A DNA stretch of 64,000 nucleotides from Sedimentisphaerales bacterium (GTDB lineage Bacteria; Planctomycetota; Phycisphaerae; Sedimentisphaerales; SM23-30): assembly GCA_963666285.1 (NCBI GenBank), contig OY762711.1; one strand, written 5' to 3'. How positions within the stretch are numbered: position 1 is the first letter of the stretch; each line of letters begins with the position of its first letter. Under the pieces are notes generated by a model, which worked only from the letters and a program-made list of their open reading frames with translations, did not search any database and was not told the origin of the DNA. Shown one piece after another: positions 1 to 10,019 of the stretch. The translations under genes were made by a program, and so were the position numbers.

Positions 1-785
1 TGCTTGTTGTTATTTCCATTATTGCTTTGCTGGTCAGCATCCTTATGCCAGCACTGACTCGCGCCAAACAGCAGGCCCAGTTTGCCGTATGTAAGGCAAA
101 TTTGAGACAGTATGGTATTGCTATGAATTTATATCTCCAGGATAGCGATGACAGATTCCCGGAAGCTCATACAAGTCTCTTTCGGGGGATAAGGTCTGAA
201 TGTCAGTGGCATGATGCCCGCAATGATTATGAAGCGGATACAAGTGTTCGTGGCCCGATGTTAAAATATCTAAGTGATATGGATGTGCATTTATGCCCGA
301 CTTTTATGCGTTTTGCAGCACGAGTGGGAGAACAGCATCTCGAGCCTTTTGGTAGAACTTGTAGTGTACCGATGGATCCTCAATATAGTTATAGTCAGAA
401 TAAATACCTGGGCGGGACAAACTCAAATGGGGAATATGTTGGAGTTTCCAGGCTAACTCAGATAAAGAACCCGGGAGAGGTTATTTTCTTTGTTGAAGAA
501 ACTATGTGGATCATTCCCGGTCAGTCATCGCATATGCTTAACGATACCTGTTTCTGGTCCCGCCATCCACACGATTCGGTAGGATACTTGGGTGATAGTA
601 TTGCGATGTATCATAATACTACCAAGAAGGATGAGGGTAACGGTAACACTGTATTCGCCGATGGCCATGTTGATTTGAGTAATGTATTTGAAGAATTTGC
701 TTATTCCTGGGGTAAAGTAACTAGCAGTTTCAAGAAGTCATGGCCAAAGGGTAAAATACCAGAGATCTGTCCATATCAAAATTGA
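1..785 (+). CDS. Prepilin-type N-terminal cleavage/methylation (DUF1559-like) protein with H-X9-DG-type C-terminal motif; 5' end outside window
   Basis: Frame open from the window start: [35 protein letters not shown] (pilin-like helix); C-terminal HNTTKKDEGNGNTVFADGHV. Confidence 0.88.
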   Translation, partial: LVVISIIALLVSILMPALTRAKQQAQFAVCKANLRQYGIAMNLYLQDSDDRFPEAHTSLFRGIRSECQWHDARNDYEADTSVRGPMLKYLSDMDVHLCPTFMRFAARVGEQHLEPFGRTCSVPMDPQYSYSQNKYLGGTNSNGEYVGVSRLTQIKNPGEVIFFVEETMWIIPGQSSHMLNDTCFWSRHPHDSVGYLGDSIAMYHNTTKKDEGNGNTVFADGHVDLSNVFEEFAYSWGKVTSSFKKSWPKGKIPEICPYQN

Positions 786-941
786 TCATAATAGTATTTT
801 GTATGTCTGTATAGTTTTTAATGTCAAAGTAGAAGTTGCAATTGATATTAGAAGTGTGTGTTATTGCGTTTTGATCTAATAAATGGCTGCCTGAATTGTA
901 CGAGCAGCAGAAAATTAAACCTTGTATAAGAGGAGATTCAA

Positions 942-2918
942 ATGAAAAAAATAGGTATCTTAATTGCATGTATTTTCATGTCAGCCGTCTGGGGAAAAGC
1001 CGACCTGATAACGAATGGAGATTTTGAAGAGGGAGGAGACTGGAAATCTCAATACGGTCAGTCTCCATCAGGCTGGACAAGCAGTTCTGCTGCAGTTTAT
1101 ACAGAAAGTGAATACGGTGAGATAATCGATAATCTCGATACCCGCCCGGCATGTATGATGGCAGGTATCGGCAATTATTATCAGCAAGTATTATCCAATG
1201 TTAATGCTGGTTCTGGCAGTACTTACAAGGTAACCTGCGACTATGGAGCCAGAAGTCATAGTGAATATAATCCCTACGTGTCGGTTGGCCATGAATATAT
1301 ATTAAGATTTTCTCTTTGGGATACAACAGATAATGTAGAGCTTGTTGGTGTTGATCAGACATTCGGATATCCAGGTGGTCATAATGACAATTTCCTGACA
1401 CCGGGTGAATATATTTTAACTTATGATAATTCTGGTTTATATGGACATGAACTTGCATTGCGCATTACACATAATACCCAGCCTCCTTCAGGTGCGCCCA
1501 AGTCTGTCTGTACTTCCATGATAGATAATGTAACTGTTGATATACAAAATGTTGCGAAGCTTGTTTCACCTTCTCCTAGCGGCATGACGGACCTAAAGGT
1601 CGAAACTATACTGGAATGGGATTCTCCTTCAAATTTTACTCCTACAGAATACCGCGTTTACTTTGGTACAACAGAACCTAATATGTTGTTTGATGATTAC
1701 GGCCTGACAGAACTGACAGCGGATCAGGAGCCATATACCTCGACAACAATCACACCGGTACAATGGCCGTTAGAATATCTTACTACTTATTATTGGGTAG
1801 TTGACAGCTATGATAATGATGTGCGTCACAAAGGTATGTTCTGGAGCTTTACAACAATAACAGCCAATGCGGTATTGAACAAAGATTCTGGCCCGTTTGA
1901 CTTGCTTGTCGCACCTGGAGATGAAGCCGTATTTACCGTTGCGGGTGAAAATATCGACGTGTATAAATGGTATGGTCCTAATGGTCTAATTGCTGGTGCA
2001 AATACCAATACATTGACATTAACTGATGTTCAGGCTGATGGTGAAGGTTATTATTATTGTGTAGTCGACAATACAGTCAACCCTAAGACCGAAAAATCAA
2101 GAGAAGCATATCTGCTGACAGAGCGTGTTATATCTCACTGGGAATTAGAAGGTAACCTATTGGATTCAGTTGGCGAAAATATCGGCTCAGAACCTGGTCC
2201 GAGATATGCAGCAGAAGGCATTGTTGGCACAATTTCCCTTGATGTTACACCAAATGATCCTAATACTTATGTTAGAGTGTCAAATGTTGATGAATTAAAT
2301 AATGGTATTAGCTTCACTATTGAAGCTTGGATCAAACCTGAAAATATCAATAATTACCATGCTATAGTCAGTAACCGCGGCGGCACAGTTGAAACTGGTG
2401 TTGATGGTGGCTACGTCCTTTATCTCTTGAGTAATGGTGGTATAGGTTTCTGGATTCACAATGGAATAGGTTTTAATAATACCACTACTGGCGGCGAACT
2501 GGTTACAATCGGTGAGTGGAATTATGTTGTCGCTATTTTTGATTCCGGTACCGCTACTGTATATGTAAATGGTGAACTTGCAGCAAGTGCTAAAGATCGG
2601 GTAATCAAACGAAATACAACTACCGACCTATATATTGGCGCAGGTGCTAATGATGAAGACCAGGCAGGATTTTACTTTGATGGCCTGATTGATGATGTTA
2701 CAATATGTAGCGGTGCCGCTCTAGATGCTTATCAAATAGCAGAAAATTATGTTACACAGTTTCCTGAAGCTGATATTTGTGTTGAGCAGGAAGGTATCGC
2801 ATATGATCTGGATAATGACTGTGATGTTGATCTGGCAGATTTTGCACTGCTGGTATCTGAATGGTTAAATTGTAATCGTGTAGTAGGTGAAAACAGTCTT
2901 TTGAATGATTGTAATTAG
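942..2918 (+). CDS. Secreted multidomain protein: CBM-like N-terminus, Ig-like domain, LamG-like jellyroll, C-terminal dockerin-like motif
   Basis: RBS AGGAG; signal peptide; LITNGDFE; YYWVVD; DGEGYYYCVV; FTIEAWIK..WNYVVAIFD..FDGLIDDV; DLDNDCDVDLADFALLVSEWLNC. Confidence 0.85.
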   Translation: MKKIGILIACIFMSAVWGKADLITNGDFEEGGDWKSQYGQSPSGWTSSSAAVYTESEYGEIIDNLDTRPACMMAGIGNYYQQVLSNVNAGSGSTYKVTCDYGARSHSEYNPYVSVGHEYILRFSLWDTTDNVELVGVDQTFGYPGGHNDNFLTPGEYILTYDNSGLYGHELALRITHNTQPPSGAPKSVCTSMIDNVTVDIQNVAKLVSPSPSGMTDLKVETILEWDSPSNFTPTEYRVYFGTTEPNMLFDDYGLTELTADQEPYTSTTITPVQWPLEYLTTYYWVVDSYDNDVRHKGMFWSFTTITANAVLNKDSGPFDLLVAPGDEAVFTVAGENIDVYKWYGPNGLIAGANTNTLTLTDVQADGEGYYYCVVDNTVNPKTEKSREAYLLTERVISHWELEGNLLDSVGENIGSEPGPRYAAEGIVGTISLDVTPNDPNTYVRVSNVDELNNGISFTIEAWIKPENINNYHAIVSNRGGTVETGVDGGYVLYLLSNGGIGFWIHNGIGFNNTTTGGELVTIGEWNYVVAIFDSGTATVYVNGELAASAKDRVIKRNTTTDLYIGAGANDEDQAGFYFDGLIDDVTICSGAALDAYQIAENYVTQFPEADICVEQEGIAYDLDNDCDVDLADFALLVSEWLNCNRVVGENSLLNDCN

Positions 2919-2956
2919 ACTGTAATTTGTATATTTTGTTAGTCAAATAAAATTCT

Positions 2957-2997
2957 ATGCAGTTGGGTCTGACGATCGTTGGATCCAACTGTATTTT
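2957..2997 (+). terminator. Hairpin, probable intrinsic terminator
   Basis: CAGTTGGGTCTGACG pairs with CGTTGGATCCAACTG (with G-U pairs), followed by TATTTT. Confidence 0.55.
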
Positions 2998-3713
2998 GCT
3001 AAAATGTCTTCATCAAAAATAGATCTGAGGCAAAATTCACCTAGGATTTATGATTATCCGAAAGAAATTTGCTCTTTGAATAGTTGATATTGCCGGCGGA
3101 GGATGCTGAAAATTCAGAAAGATTTCTTAAAGAAATAATTGATTATAAATGGAACTTATTCTTATAGCTTAGTTTGTTTGGAACCTTGTCTTGCCAGGGG
3201 TAACCATCTCTGTGTGCGCAGTATGCATTTGCAGTCTGCTATTCATATTTACCAGGTTACCTTATCTTGTTAACCCGGGAGACAATCAAGAATATTATCT
3301 AGAGAACCATTAATAAGCAAATAAGAACCCTATATATATTAAGTGGAAATGGGTTGCGACAAGTACATGCATGATATTACCTCAGATTAGTTTTTGAGGT
3401 GGACAGATAATTTTTCACTTAAAAAATCGTCTTCCAGTTTTCTCTGAAACCACCAATTTGCGACTTAATTACCAATCGGTTTATCTGGTAAGCCCAACAG
3501 GGGAAATAGCCGTTTTATCCAAAAATTACTCTTCGCCGCGCTAGCTCCGCAGACGTCCGCGCCCGTTTACAGCCTTTCGCTGCCTGCCGCGCTGCCTCCG
3601 TTCGACGGCGTTTTCGCCGGAAAAATCAACTTTTCGCCAAATACTGTCTTATTTGAAAATTTCTTGCATACAATTCGGCCCGTTTGGGCATTCCATTTCC
3701 GCCGATATTGAGT

Positions 3714-3743
3714 TTGCCCGCTATACCCGGCATTGTGTATAAT
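3714..3743 (+). promoter_or_regulatory. Sigma70-type promoter of uvrC
   Basis: TTGCCC-N18-TATAAT, ending 7 nt before the ATG at 3751. Confidence 0.55.
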
Positions 3744-3750
3744 ATCAAAC

Positions 3751-5079
3751 ATGACCGGCAAATCAGACAACAGGCTCGAGGCTGTACGCTCTCGCATACG
3801 CGAATTCCCCGCCGCGCCAGGCGTGTATATGATGAAAGACAACGCCGGCATTGTACTATACATCGGCAAGGCCGCCAACCTCCGCGATCGCGTCATGAGC
3901 TACTTTCAACCCTCCGCAGACCTCGCCAATAGCAGGGGGCCAAAGATCGTCGAGATGGTTTCTAAAGTCTGTGATGTAACGTATTTAGAGTGTGATAGCG
4001 AGGTCGACGCCATCCTCCGGGAAGCTCGTCTCATCAAAGATATCCACCCGCCGTACAACACCCGCCAGCTCGACGACAAGACCTTTCCATACATCGAGAT
4101 TACCCGCCAGGACGACTTTCCCGCGGTATATATTACCCGCGAACCGCACAAAAAGAGCAAGCTCTACGGCCCGTTTACATCAGTCAGCGAGCTGCGACGC
4201 GTCGTACAGGTCCTCCAGCGTATCTTCCGTTTCCGTACCTGCCGCCAGGAGATCCTCGCAGACGATCCCAAGCTGCGTTTCAACCGCCCGTGCATCCTTT
4301 ACAGCATCAAACAGTGTACCGGCCCGTGTGCTGGCAAGATCGATGCAGAATCGTATGCTGTTGAAATAAAACGACTTAAACAGTTCCTTGAATCCAAGCG
4401 TTCTACTCTGCTCCGCCAGCTGTACAAGGATATGACACAAGCCTCCCAGGACCTGAACTTCGAAGAAGCTGCCCGCCTGCGAGATGAAATCAAGGCCATA
4501 GAGGCCCTCAACGACCGCGGCAAAGTCGATGAACACGTTCAGCCCGAACTCTTCCAGATCGACCCGGCAGAAGGTATGCGTAACCTCGAGCGAATACTTA
4601 ACTTACGAGAAAACAGCCTTAGGGTTATCGAAGGTTATGATATCGCACATATACAAGGTACCAACACCGTCGCATCACAGGTATGTTTCATCGACGGCAG
4701 ACCGTTCAAAAACGGTTACCGTCGCTATAAGATCAAAACTGTCAAGGGGATAGACGATTTTGCCTCCATGAACGAGGTTATGTCGCGTCGATTTGCCAAG
4801 GCCGATCCAGACGATGAACTTTTCCCCAACCTGGTCCTCATCGACGGCGGACTCGGACAGCTCAACGCCGCCCTGGAGATCGTTTCCCAGATTCCGCTTA
4901 ACCGCCCGGCAATAATATCTTTAGCGAAGCGTGAAGAAGAGGTTTACATACCCGGCAAAGACACACCCATCCGTATTAGCCGACACGACCCGGCATTGAG
5001 AATTCTACAGCATATTCGTGACGAGGCGCACAGATTCGCTCAACACTACTTCCACATTCTCCAGCATAAAAACGTATAA
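3751..5079 (+). CDS. uvrC: Excinuclease ABC subunit C (short form without C-terminal HhH domain)
   Basis: GIY-YIG (PGVYMM..LYIGKA), Cys cluster, UVR domain (LNFEEAARLRDEI), RNase H-like domain (IEGYDIAH, LIDGGLGQL, RDEAHRFA). Confidence 0.93.
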   Translation: MTGKSDNRLEAVRSRIREFPAAPGVYMMKDNAGIVLYIGKAANLRDRVMSYFQPSADLANSRGPKIVEMVSKVCDVTYLECDSEVDAILREARLIKDIHPPYNTRQLDDKTFPYIEITRQDDFPAVYITREPHKKSKLYGPFTSVSELRRVVQVLQRIFRFRTCRQEILADDPKLRFNRPCILYSIKQCTGPCAGKIDAESYAVEIKRLKQFLESKRSTLLRQLYKDMTQASQDLNFEEAARLRDEIKAIEALNDRGKVDEHVQPELFQIDPAEGMRNLERILNLRENSLRVIEGYDIAHIQGTNTVASQVCFIDGRPFKNGYRRYKIKTVKGIDDFASMNEVMSRRFAKADPDDELFPNLVLIDGGLGQLNAALEIVSQIPLNRPAIISLAKREEEVYIPGKDTPIRISRHDPALRILQHIRDEAHRFAQHYFHILQHKNV

Positions 5080-5146
5080 TTACTACCTAAATTATTGGTT
5101 TCTATACCTTTAAGTCATAAATCGACCAAAAAAATAAAATTAACTT

Positions 5147-5175
5147 TTGACAAATAAAACCTTTTTTGATAGCAT
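5147..5175 (+). promoter_or_regulatory. Sigma70 promoter of tRNA-Cys
   Basis: TTGACA-N17-TAGCAT about 40 nt upstream of the tRNA. Confidence 0.65.
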
Positions 5176-5213
5176 TTTCCTCTCTTGGAAAAAGCCTCAA
5201 CGGCACCTCCAAC

Positions 5214-5287
5214 GGCGACGTAGCCAAGTGGCCTAAGGCAACGGTTTGCAAAACCGTCATTCGTGGGTTCAAATCCCACCGTCGCCT
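5214..5287 (+). tRNA. tRNA-Cys (GCA), CCA not encoded
   Basis: Acceptor stem GGCGACG/CGTCGCC; anticodon arm ACGGT-TTGCAAA-ACCGT; T arm GTGGG-TTCAAAT-CCCAC. Confidence 0.96.
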
Positions 5288-5657
5288 TTTCTTTTTTGAG
5301 CTGAAATTGAGGTTTTAGGACAATTCTTAGAACAATTCACTATTTCTTTGTAATAATTCTTCCAAATTTCTTATTGCTGATTTTGTCAGTTTATTATTAT
5401 TTGGAGACTTATTTTTGTGAAAAAAGGTCGAAAAGCTAGATATATTGAAATAAATGGCAGAGAGATTGAGGGTAATGCCAGGATACAGTATTATGAACTC
5501 AAAGTTGGTGTATAACCCACCGAACAGATGCTACTAATATCATTTAATTCGGTTTCTGCTCTGTATTTCTTGCAGTGCTATTGTCTGGATATGTATTTCC
5601 TACGGCAATAGATTTAGACTTCCGTAGTATATAATTACTGATATATTTTCAACTTAA

Positions 5658-6056
5658 CTAAATTTCTTCTCTTGCGTTTTCTACCCAACCGGTTTGGGCG
5701 GTATATTCTTTCAATATATCTAAATCTTTTTTAATTTCGTTTATTGCATTACTTATATTGCCGGTATTGCCGTTATTAACTTCATTTTCCAATGTTGCAG
5801 CCTTTTGAGACAATGCAATTGCCGCCATATTGCTTGCTATCCCTTTTATGGAATGTATCAGTCTTGATACCAATGAAAAATCAGAATCTATACCGGTTTC
5901 TTTGATTGTATTTATATGTGAAGCAATGCTTCTTATACTATCTTCTACAATTTCATATAAAAACTCATTTTCTATGTCTTTACCAAAGCGGTCTATAAGG
6001 TCTGCCATTTCAATAGGTAACGAGTTTTTATTTGATTCTGATTTGAAGTTGTCCAT
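5658..6056 (-). CDS. Hpt (histidine phosphotransfer) domain protein
   Basis: LIHSIKGIASNMAA..LSQKAATLE motif; directly downstream of the hybrid kinase. Confidence 0.85.
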   Translation of the reverse strand: MDNFKSESNKNSLPIEMADLIDRFGKDIENEFLYEIVEDSIRSIASHINTIKETGIDSDFSLVSRLIHSIKGIASNMAAIALSQKAATLENEVNNGNTGNISNAINEIKKDLDILKEYTAQTGWVENAREEI

Positions 6057-6089
6057 TTTTGTTATCCTTTTACTTGCATAAAATATGTA

Positions 6090-8903
6090 TTATGCTCCGG
6101 CATTTACATGTTCTTTTTGAGCCCACTTTTTGATGCTTTTCAATACTAGTTCTCGTTTTAATGGCTTAGATAGAAAATCATTCATGCCTGCTTCAATACA
6201 TTTTGAACGATCGCTTTCAAACGCATTAGCTGTTAAAGCGATAATTGGTGTATGTACTCCTTTTTGCCTTAATATTGTTGTCGCTTCCAGGCCATCCATA
6301 ATAGGCATCTGCATATCCATAAGAATCATATTAAATGACTCTTTTTGAGCTTTGGTGACTGCCTCCTGGCCATTATTGGCGATTGCGACTTTGCATCTGG
6401 TTTTTTCCAGCATCTTAGATGCTAATTTTAGATTAATTTCATCATCATCAACTAATAATACGTGGAGGTGACTAAAATCTATTTCATTTACATTATCATC
6501 TGTTGGTAGATTATTAGTAGTTATTGTTTTTTGTATTCCTTTGCTTGACAATGGTAGTCGTATTATAAAATAGAACGTACTGCCTTTACCTTCTTCGCTT
6601 TCAACCAGCAGTTCTGCATCCATAAGCTTTATAATTCTTTTGGAAATTGCCAAACCCAGCCCGGTTCCACCATATTTGCGAGTTGTCGAACCATCTGCCT
6701 GCTGGAATACATCAAAAATATGTTTTTGCTGTTCTTGGGATATTCCAATTCCTGTATCTCTAATTGCAATTTCTACAGTTGCTTCAATATCGTCTTTCCG
6801 TATACACTTGATTTCTGCTTCAATTTTTCCATTTTCAGTAAATTTAGCGGCATTGCCAAGAAGATTTATCAGAACCTGCCTTAATCTGCATGGATCTCCT
6901 TTTACCCATTGTGGCATTTTATCATCTATTATGCAGTTTAATTGAACATTTTCTTTAACTTTAGGTGTGATTATTTCGCATACGTCCTTCGTCATTTGAA
7001 TGATATCAAAATCGACGATTTCCATATCCATTTTGCCTGCTTCAATTTTGGATAAATCTAATATATCATTTATCAGTGCCAGAAGGGCGTTACCGCTGCG
7101 ATTAATAGTTCTTACTATATCTAAATGTTCGTCGTTAAGGTCTGCTTCCATGAGCATCTCACTGAAGCCAAGAATACTATTCATAGGAGTTCTAATCTCG
7201 TGGCTCATGTTTGCTAAAAATTCACTCTTGGAATGGTTGGCAATTTCCGCTTTTCTAGCCATCTCATTTGCGTTTCTTGTTGCCAGTTCAAGCTGTTTAT
7301 TCATTATCTCAGCTGCTTCTTTGGCGCATCTTAATTCAGCTGTATATTTTGCCTGCTCAGCTTCTGCTTCTTTGAGCTTGCTTATATCGACAAATGATTC
7401 AAGGTAGCATTTTTCTCCATTCAGTTCGATTCGCATGACCGTTTTCAAGATTGCCAGCTTTTCACCGCTTTTAGTCAGTAGTACTCTTTCTGAGTTCTCA
7501 ATCTTGTTATTAATGTCTGACATTGGGCAATTACCCTTAAAGTTAGGGCAAACATAGTTATAGCATACCTTATCGATCATTTCATCTATTGTTGTTTGAC
7601 ACATTGTAGCGGCAGCATTATTTGCGAATACTATTCTATGGTTTTCTTGTGAAATAACAAAAATACCTGCCTGTACTGAATTGAGAATAGATTTTAGATT
7701 CTGCTTGTTTTTCTGAAGTATTATTTCATTTTCTCTTTGCTCGGTAATATCCCTTGCTATTTCAACTGCTTTATCGACTGTACCATCTGTATTTGGTATC
7801 GGAGCCGCCAGGATCTCTAATATCCTGCCGCTTGATGTTGTTGTCTCTATTCTGCATACTTTATTGGTTTTTACAGACTCTTTTACCGGACATTCATTAC
7901 ATGGTGAATTGTGTTCTATGAACCTTTGATAGCATGGATGAGTTTTTTCGTTGCCGAATATTTCGTCCAGGACTATATTTTGATAATATACCTCATGGTT
8001 TATGCCCACTATACTAATGCCGATATCGGCGGAGGCTAAACCATCTATTAATGATTGTAATTTGTCTTTTTCTGTTCTTAATTCATTTTCAGCTTCTGCT
8101 CTCCTCTTAATGATTGCATCTATTTGTCGATATATCTTTAGAAATACAAATGAACCAGTTGCAATTATAAATATAAAGGTTATTATCCTTATTATTCGAA
8201 TTTTGGCAGTAAGTTGTGCGTTGTATTCTTGTAGCTTTTGTATGTCTTTGTGACTTTCATAAAATATTTTAGTAGCACTTTCGCTTGTTCTGATTATATA
8301 TGTATTAATGCCTTTTGAATAAGTAAATAGCTTGCTTCTATCTACATCCTGGGCTTTATTAGCATCACTTAGATGATTATGGACTTCATTAAAGAAACTT
8401 TGGGCTAACATTTCGATATCGATAATTTTTGGCCTTATATCTATGATTTCTATTTGATATCTGGATTTTTCATTTTTAATATATGAATATTCCTCAGTAA
8501 TCGAATCAGCGTCATTGATATTTGATGCTAAGATATCTGTAAAAGTACCGCCATTCTGTAAGGTGTCCAGTGCAGAATTGATAATTGAAATCGATTGAGC
8601 GACACTGTTTTTATAATAATCTATCATTCTGGAATCTTCAGATGCGATAGCCTTTGATATGTTTTTTTCAATAGTTATCAATTCGCGAATTATGACTCTG
8701 CCCAGCCTGCGATGTGCCATTTGATTATATATTTCGCTCTCGCTTTTTTCATCGCAGTAGTTTGAATAGATATCCAGGGTAATTATTGCTATCAGTAAAA
8801 CGATTGCAATTGCTGCCAGAGAAATTAGTTTTCGTTTAATTTCTTCATTGCAGCGTTTATGAAATATACTTTTAATCTTTGTCAATATCATTAAAATTCT
8901 CAT
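6090..8903 (-). CDS. Membrane-bound hybrid sensor histidine kinase (2 TM, 2 PAS, HisKA, HATPase, receiver)
   Basis: FLANMSHEIRTPMN H-box; NLLGNAAKFT; DTGIGI; GGTGLGLAI; receiver ILMDMQMP..KP. Confidence 0.95.
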   Translation of the reverse strand: MRILMILTKIKSIFHKRCNEEIKRKLISLAAIAIVLLIAIITLDIYSNYCDEKSESEIYNQMAHRRLGRVIIRELITIEKNISKAIASEDSRMIDYYKNSVAQSISIINSALDTLQNGGTFTDILASNINDADSITEEYSYIKNEKSRYQIEIIDIRPKIIDIEMLAQSFFNEVHNHLSDANKAQDVDRSKLFTYSKGINTYIIRTSESATKIFYESHKDIQKLQEYNAQLTAKIRIIRIITFIFIIATGSFVFLKIYRQIDAIIKRRAEAENELRTEKDKLQSLIDGLASADIGISIVGINHEVYYQNIVLDEIFGNEKTHPCYQRFIEHNSPCNECPVKESVKTNKVCRIETTTSSGRILEILAAPIPNTDGTVDKAVEIARDITEQRENEIILQKNKQNLKSILNSVQAGIFVISQENHRIVFANNAAATMCQTTIDEMIDKVCYNYVCPNFKGNCPMSDINNKIENSERVLLTKSGEKLAILKTVMRIELNGEKCYLESFVDISKLKEAEAEQAKYTAELRCAKEAAEIMNKQLELATRNANEMARKAEIANHSKSEFLANMSHEIRTPMNSILGFSEMLMEADLNDEHLDIVRTINRSGNALLALINDILDLSKIEAGKMDMEIVDFDIIQMTKDVCEIITPKVKENVQLNCIIDDKMPQWVKGDPCRLRQVLINLLGNAAKFTENGKIEAEIKCIRKDDIEATVEIAIRDTGIGISQEQQKHIFDVFQQADGSTTRKYGGTGLGLAISKRIIKLMDAELLVESEEGKGSTFYFIIRLPLSSKGIQKTITTNNLPTDDNVNEIDFSHLHVLLVDDDEINLKLASKMLEKTRCKVAIANNGQEAVTKAQKESFNMILMDMQMPIMDGLEATTILRQKGVHTPIIALTANAFESDRSKCIEAGMNDFLSKPLKRELVLKSIKKWAQKEHVNAGA

Positions 8904-8934
8904 CCCTGCCTATTGTTCGACATTCAGTAATTTA

Positions 8935-9756
8935 TCAATGTTGCTTAACTGGGATTTTGTTATTCAGTTTTTGATTTGTATTATCTGCAAGTCCATATTT
9001 TAGAAATATTGCGTGTCCTTTATCAGAACTTGCATAATCAAGAAACTTCTTTGCAATCTCAGGGTATTTGCTTGTTTTTAAGATAGCTAAAACCAGCTTT
9101 TTCTTATTCGCATATTTTTCATCTATTTCCAAAACGTCAACATATGGAGCATTTTCCTGCCATACAGCACATGCATACCAATTAATTACGATGTCTGCCC
9201 TTTTTTCCTTTAACAAGGTAATAAGCCTTTTGGAGTCTGTTGTTAATTCGCTGGCATTTTTTTGAACCTCGTCAAAGATTCCCTTCTTGTCGAGAATCTT
9301 TTTGGTTTCTTTACCGATACTGCCTGTTGTGTGGTTACAGATTACGACATACAGGTCATCTCTTATTAAATTGTCAAGGTCGGCTGTTAGATTCTTAGGA
9401 TTTCCCTTTTGTACCATCAAGGCAGCTTTGTTATAGCCAACATGCGATGATTCTGTTATAAGATCTTCTTCTATACATGTATTGATATAGCTGTCTGAAC
9501 CAGGTAAATATAAATCGCCTACTTTATTTACTTTAATAGATTTAAGTAAGTTTCCCGAGCCGCCTTTTGTGATTATTATCTTACAATTTTCTTCTTGTTC
9601 AATGATCCTGGCAATTTCAGCCATAGGTTGTATCATTGTTATGCCGCAGTAAACCAACAGCTCTTTTTTGTTTTCTTCCTTAGTTGATTCTTTACAGCCG
9701 GTTAATGATATCAGTATGCAGACTAATATGGAGATGATAATATGAGACTTATTCAT
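8935..9756 (-). CDS. ModA-like (molybdate-type) solute-binding lipoprotein
   Basis: Lipobox LTGC; LLVYCG, GGSGNL, GDLYLPGS, VQKGNPK, AKKFLDY motifs of ModA-like binding proteins. Confidence 0.75.
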   Translation of the reverse strand: MNKSHIIISILVCILISLTGCKESTKEENKKELLVYCGITMIQPMAEIARIIEQEENCKIIITKGGSGNLLKSIKVNKVGDLYLPGSDSYINTCIEEDLITESSHVGYNKAALMVQKGNPKNLTADLDNLIRDDLYVVICNHTTGSIGKETKKILDKKGIFDEVQKNASELTTDSKRLITLLKEKRADIVINWYACAVWQENAPYVDVLEIDEKYANKKKLVLAILKTSKYPEIAKKFLDYASSDKGHAIFLKYGLADNTNQKLNNKIPVKQH

Positions 9757-10019
9757 TTTTATTACCCACTTAAATTCGTTTAATATGTGTTTTCAAAGCC
9801 AAACCTGTATATAGCAAAACTATTGAAAAATCGTGTAATTGCTTTTCTACAAAAATCTTATCGGGTAGTTCATGCTGCTTAATAACTTTGACCTTTAATC
9901 GAAAACAGGTAAAAGTGCTGAAGGTGTATAATTGTTTTTAGAATAAGGGTTTACGTTAAGGGATGTTTGGTGTGTGTATTGTAGATTGTAATTGTAGAGA
10001 TTTATTCGGACCTTAAATA

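Noticed and set aside
4990..5100. uvrC as a truncated pseudogene
   Set aside because: All catalytic motifs are intact and no HhH remnant is seen downstream; treated as a naturally short form.
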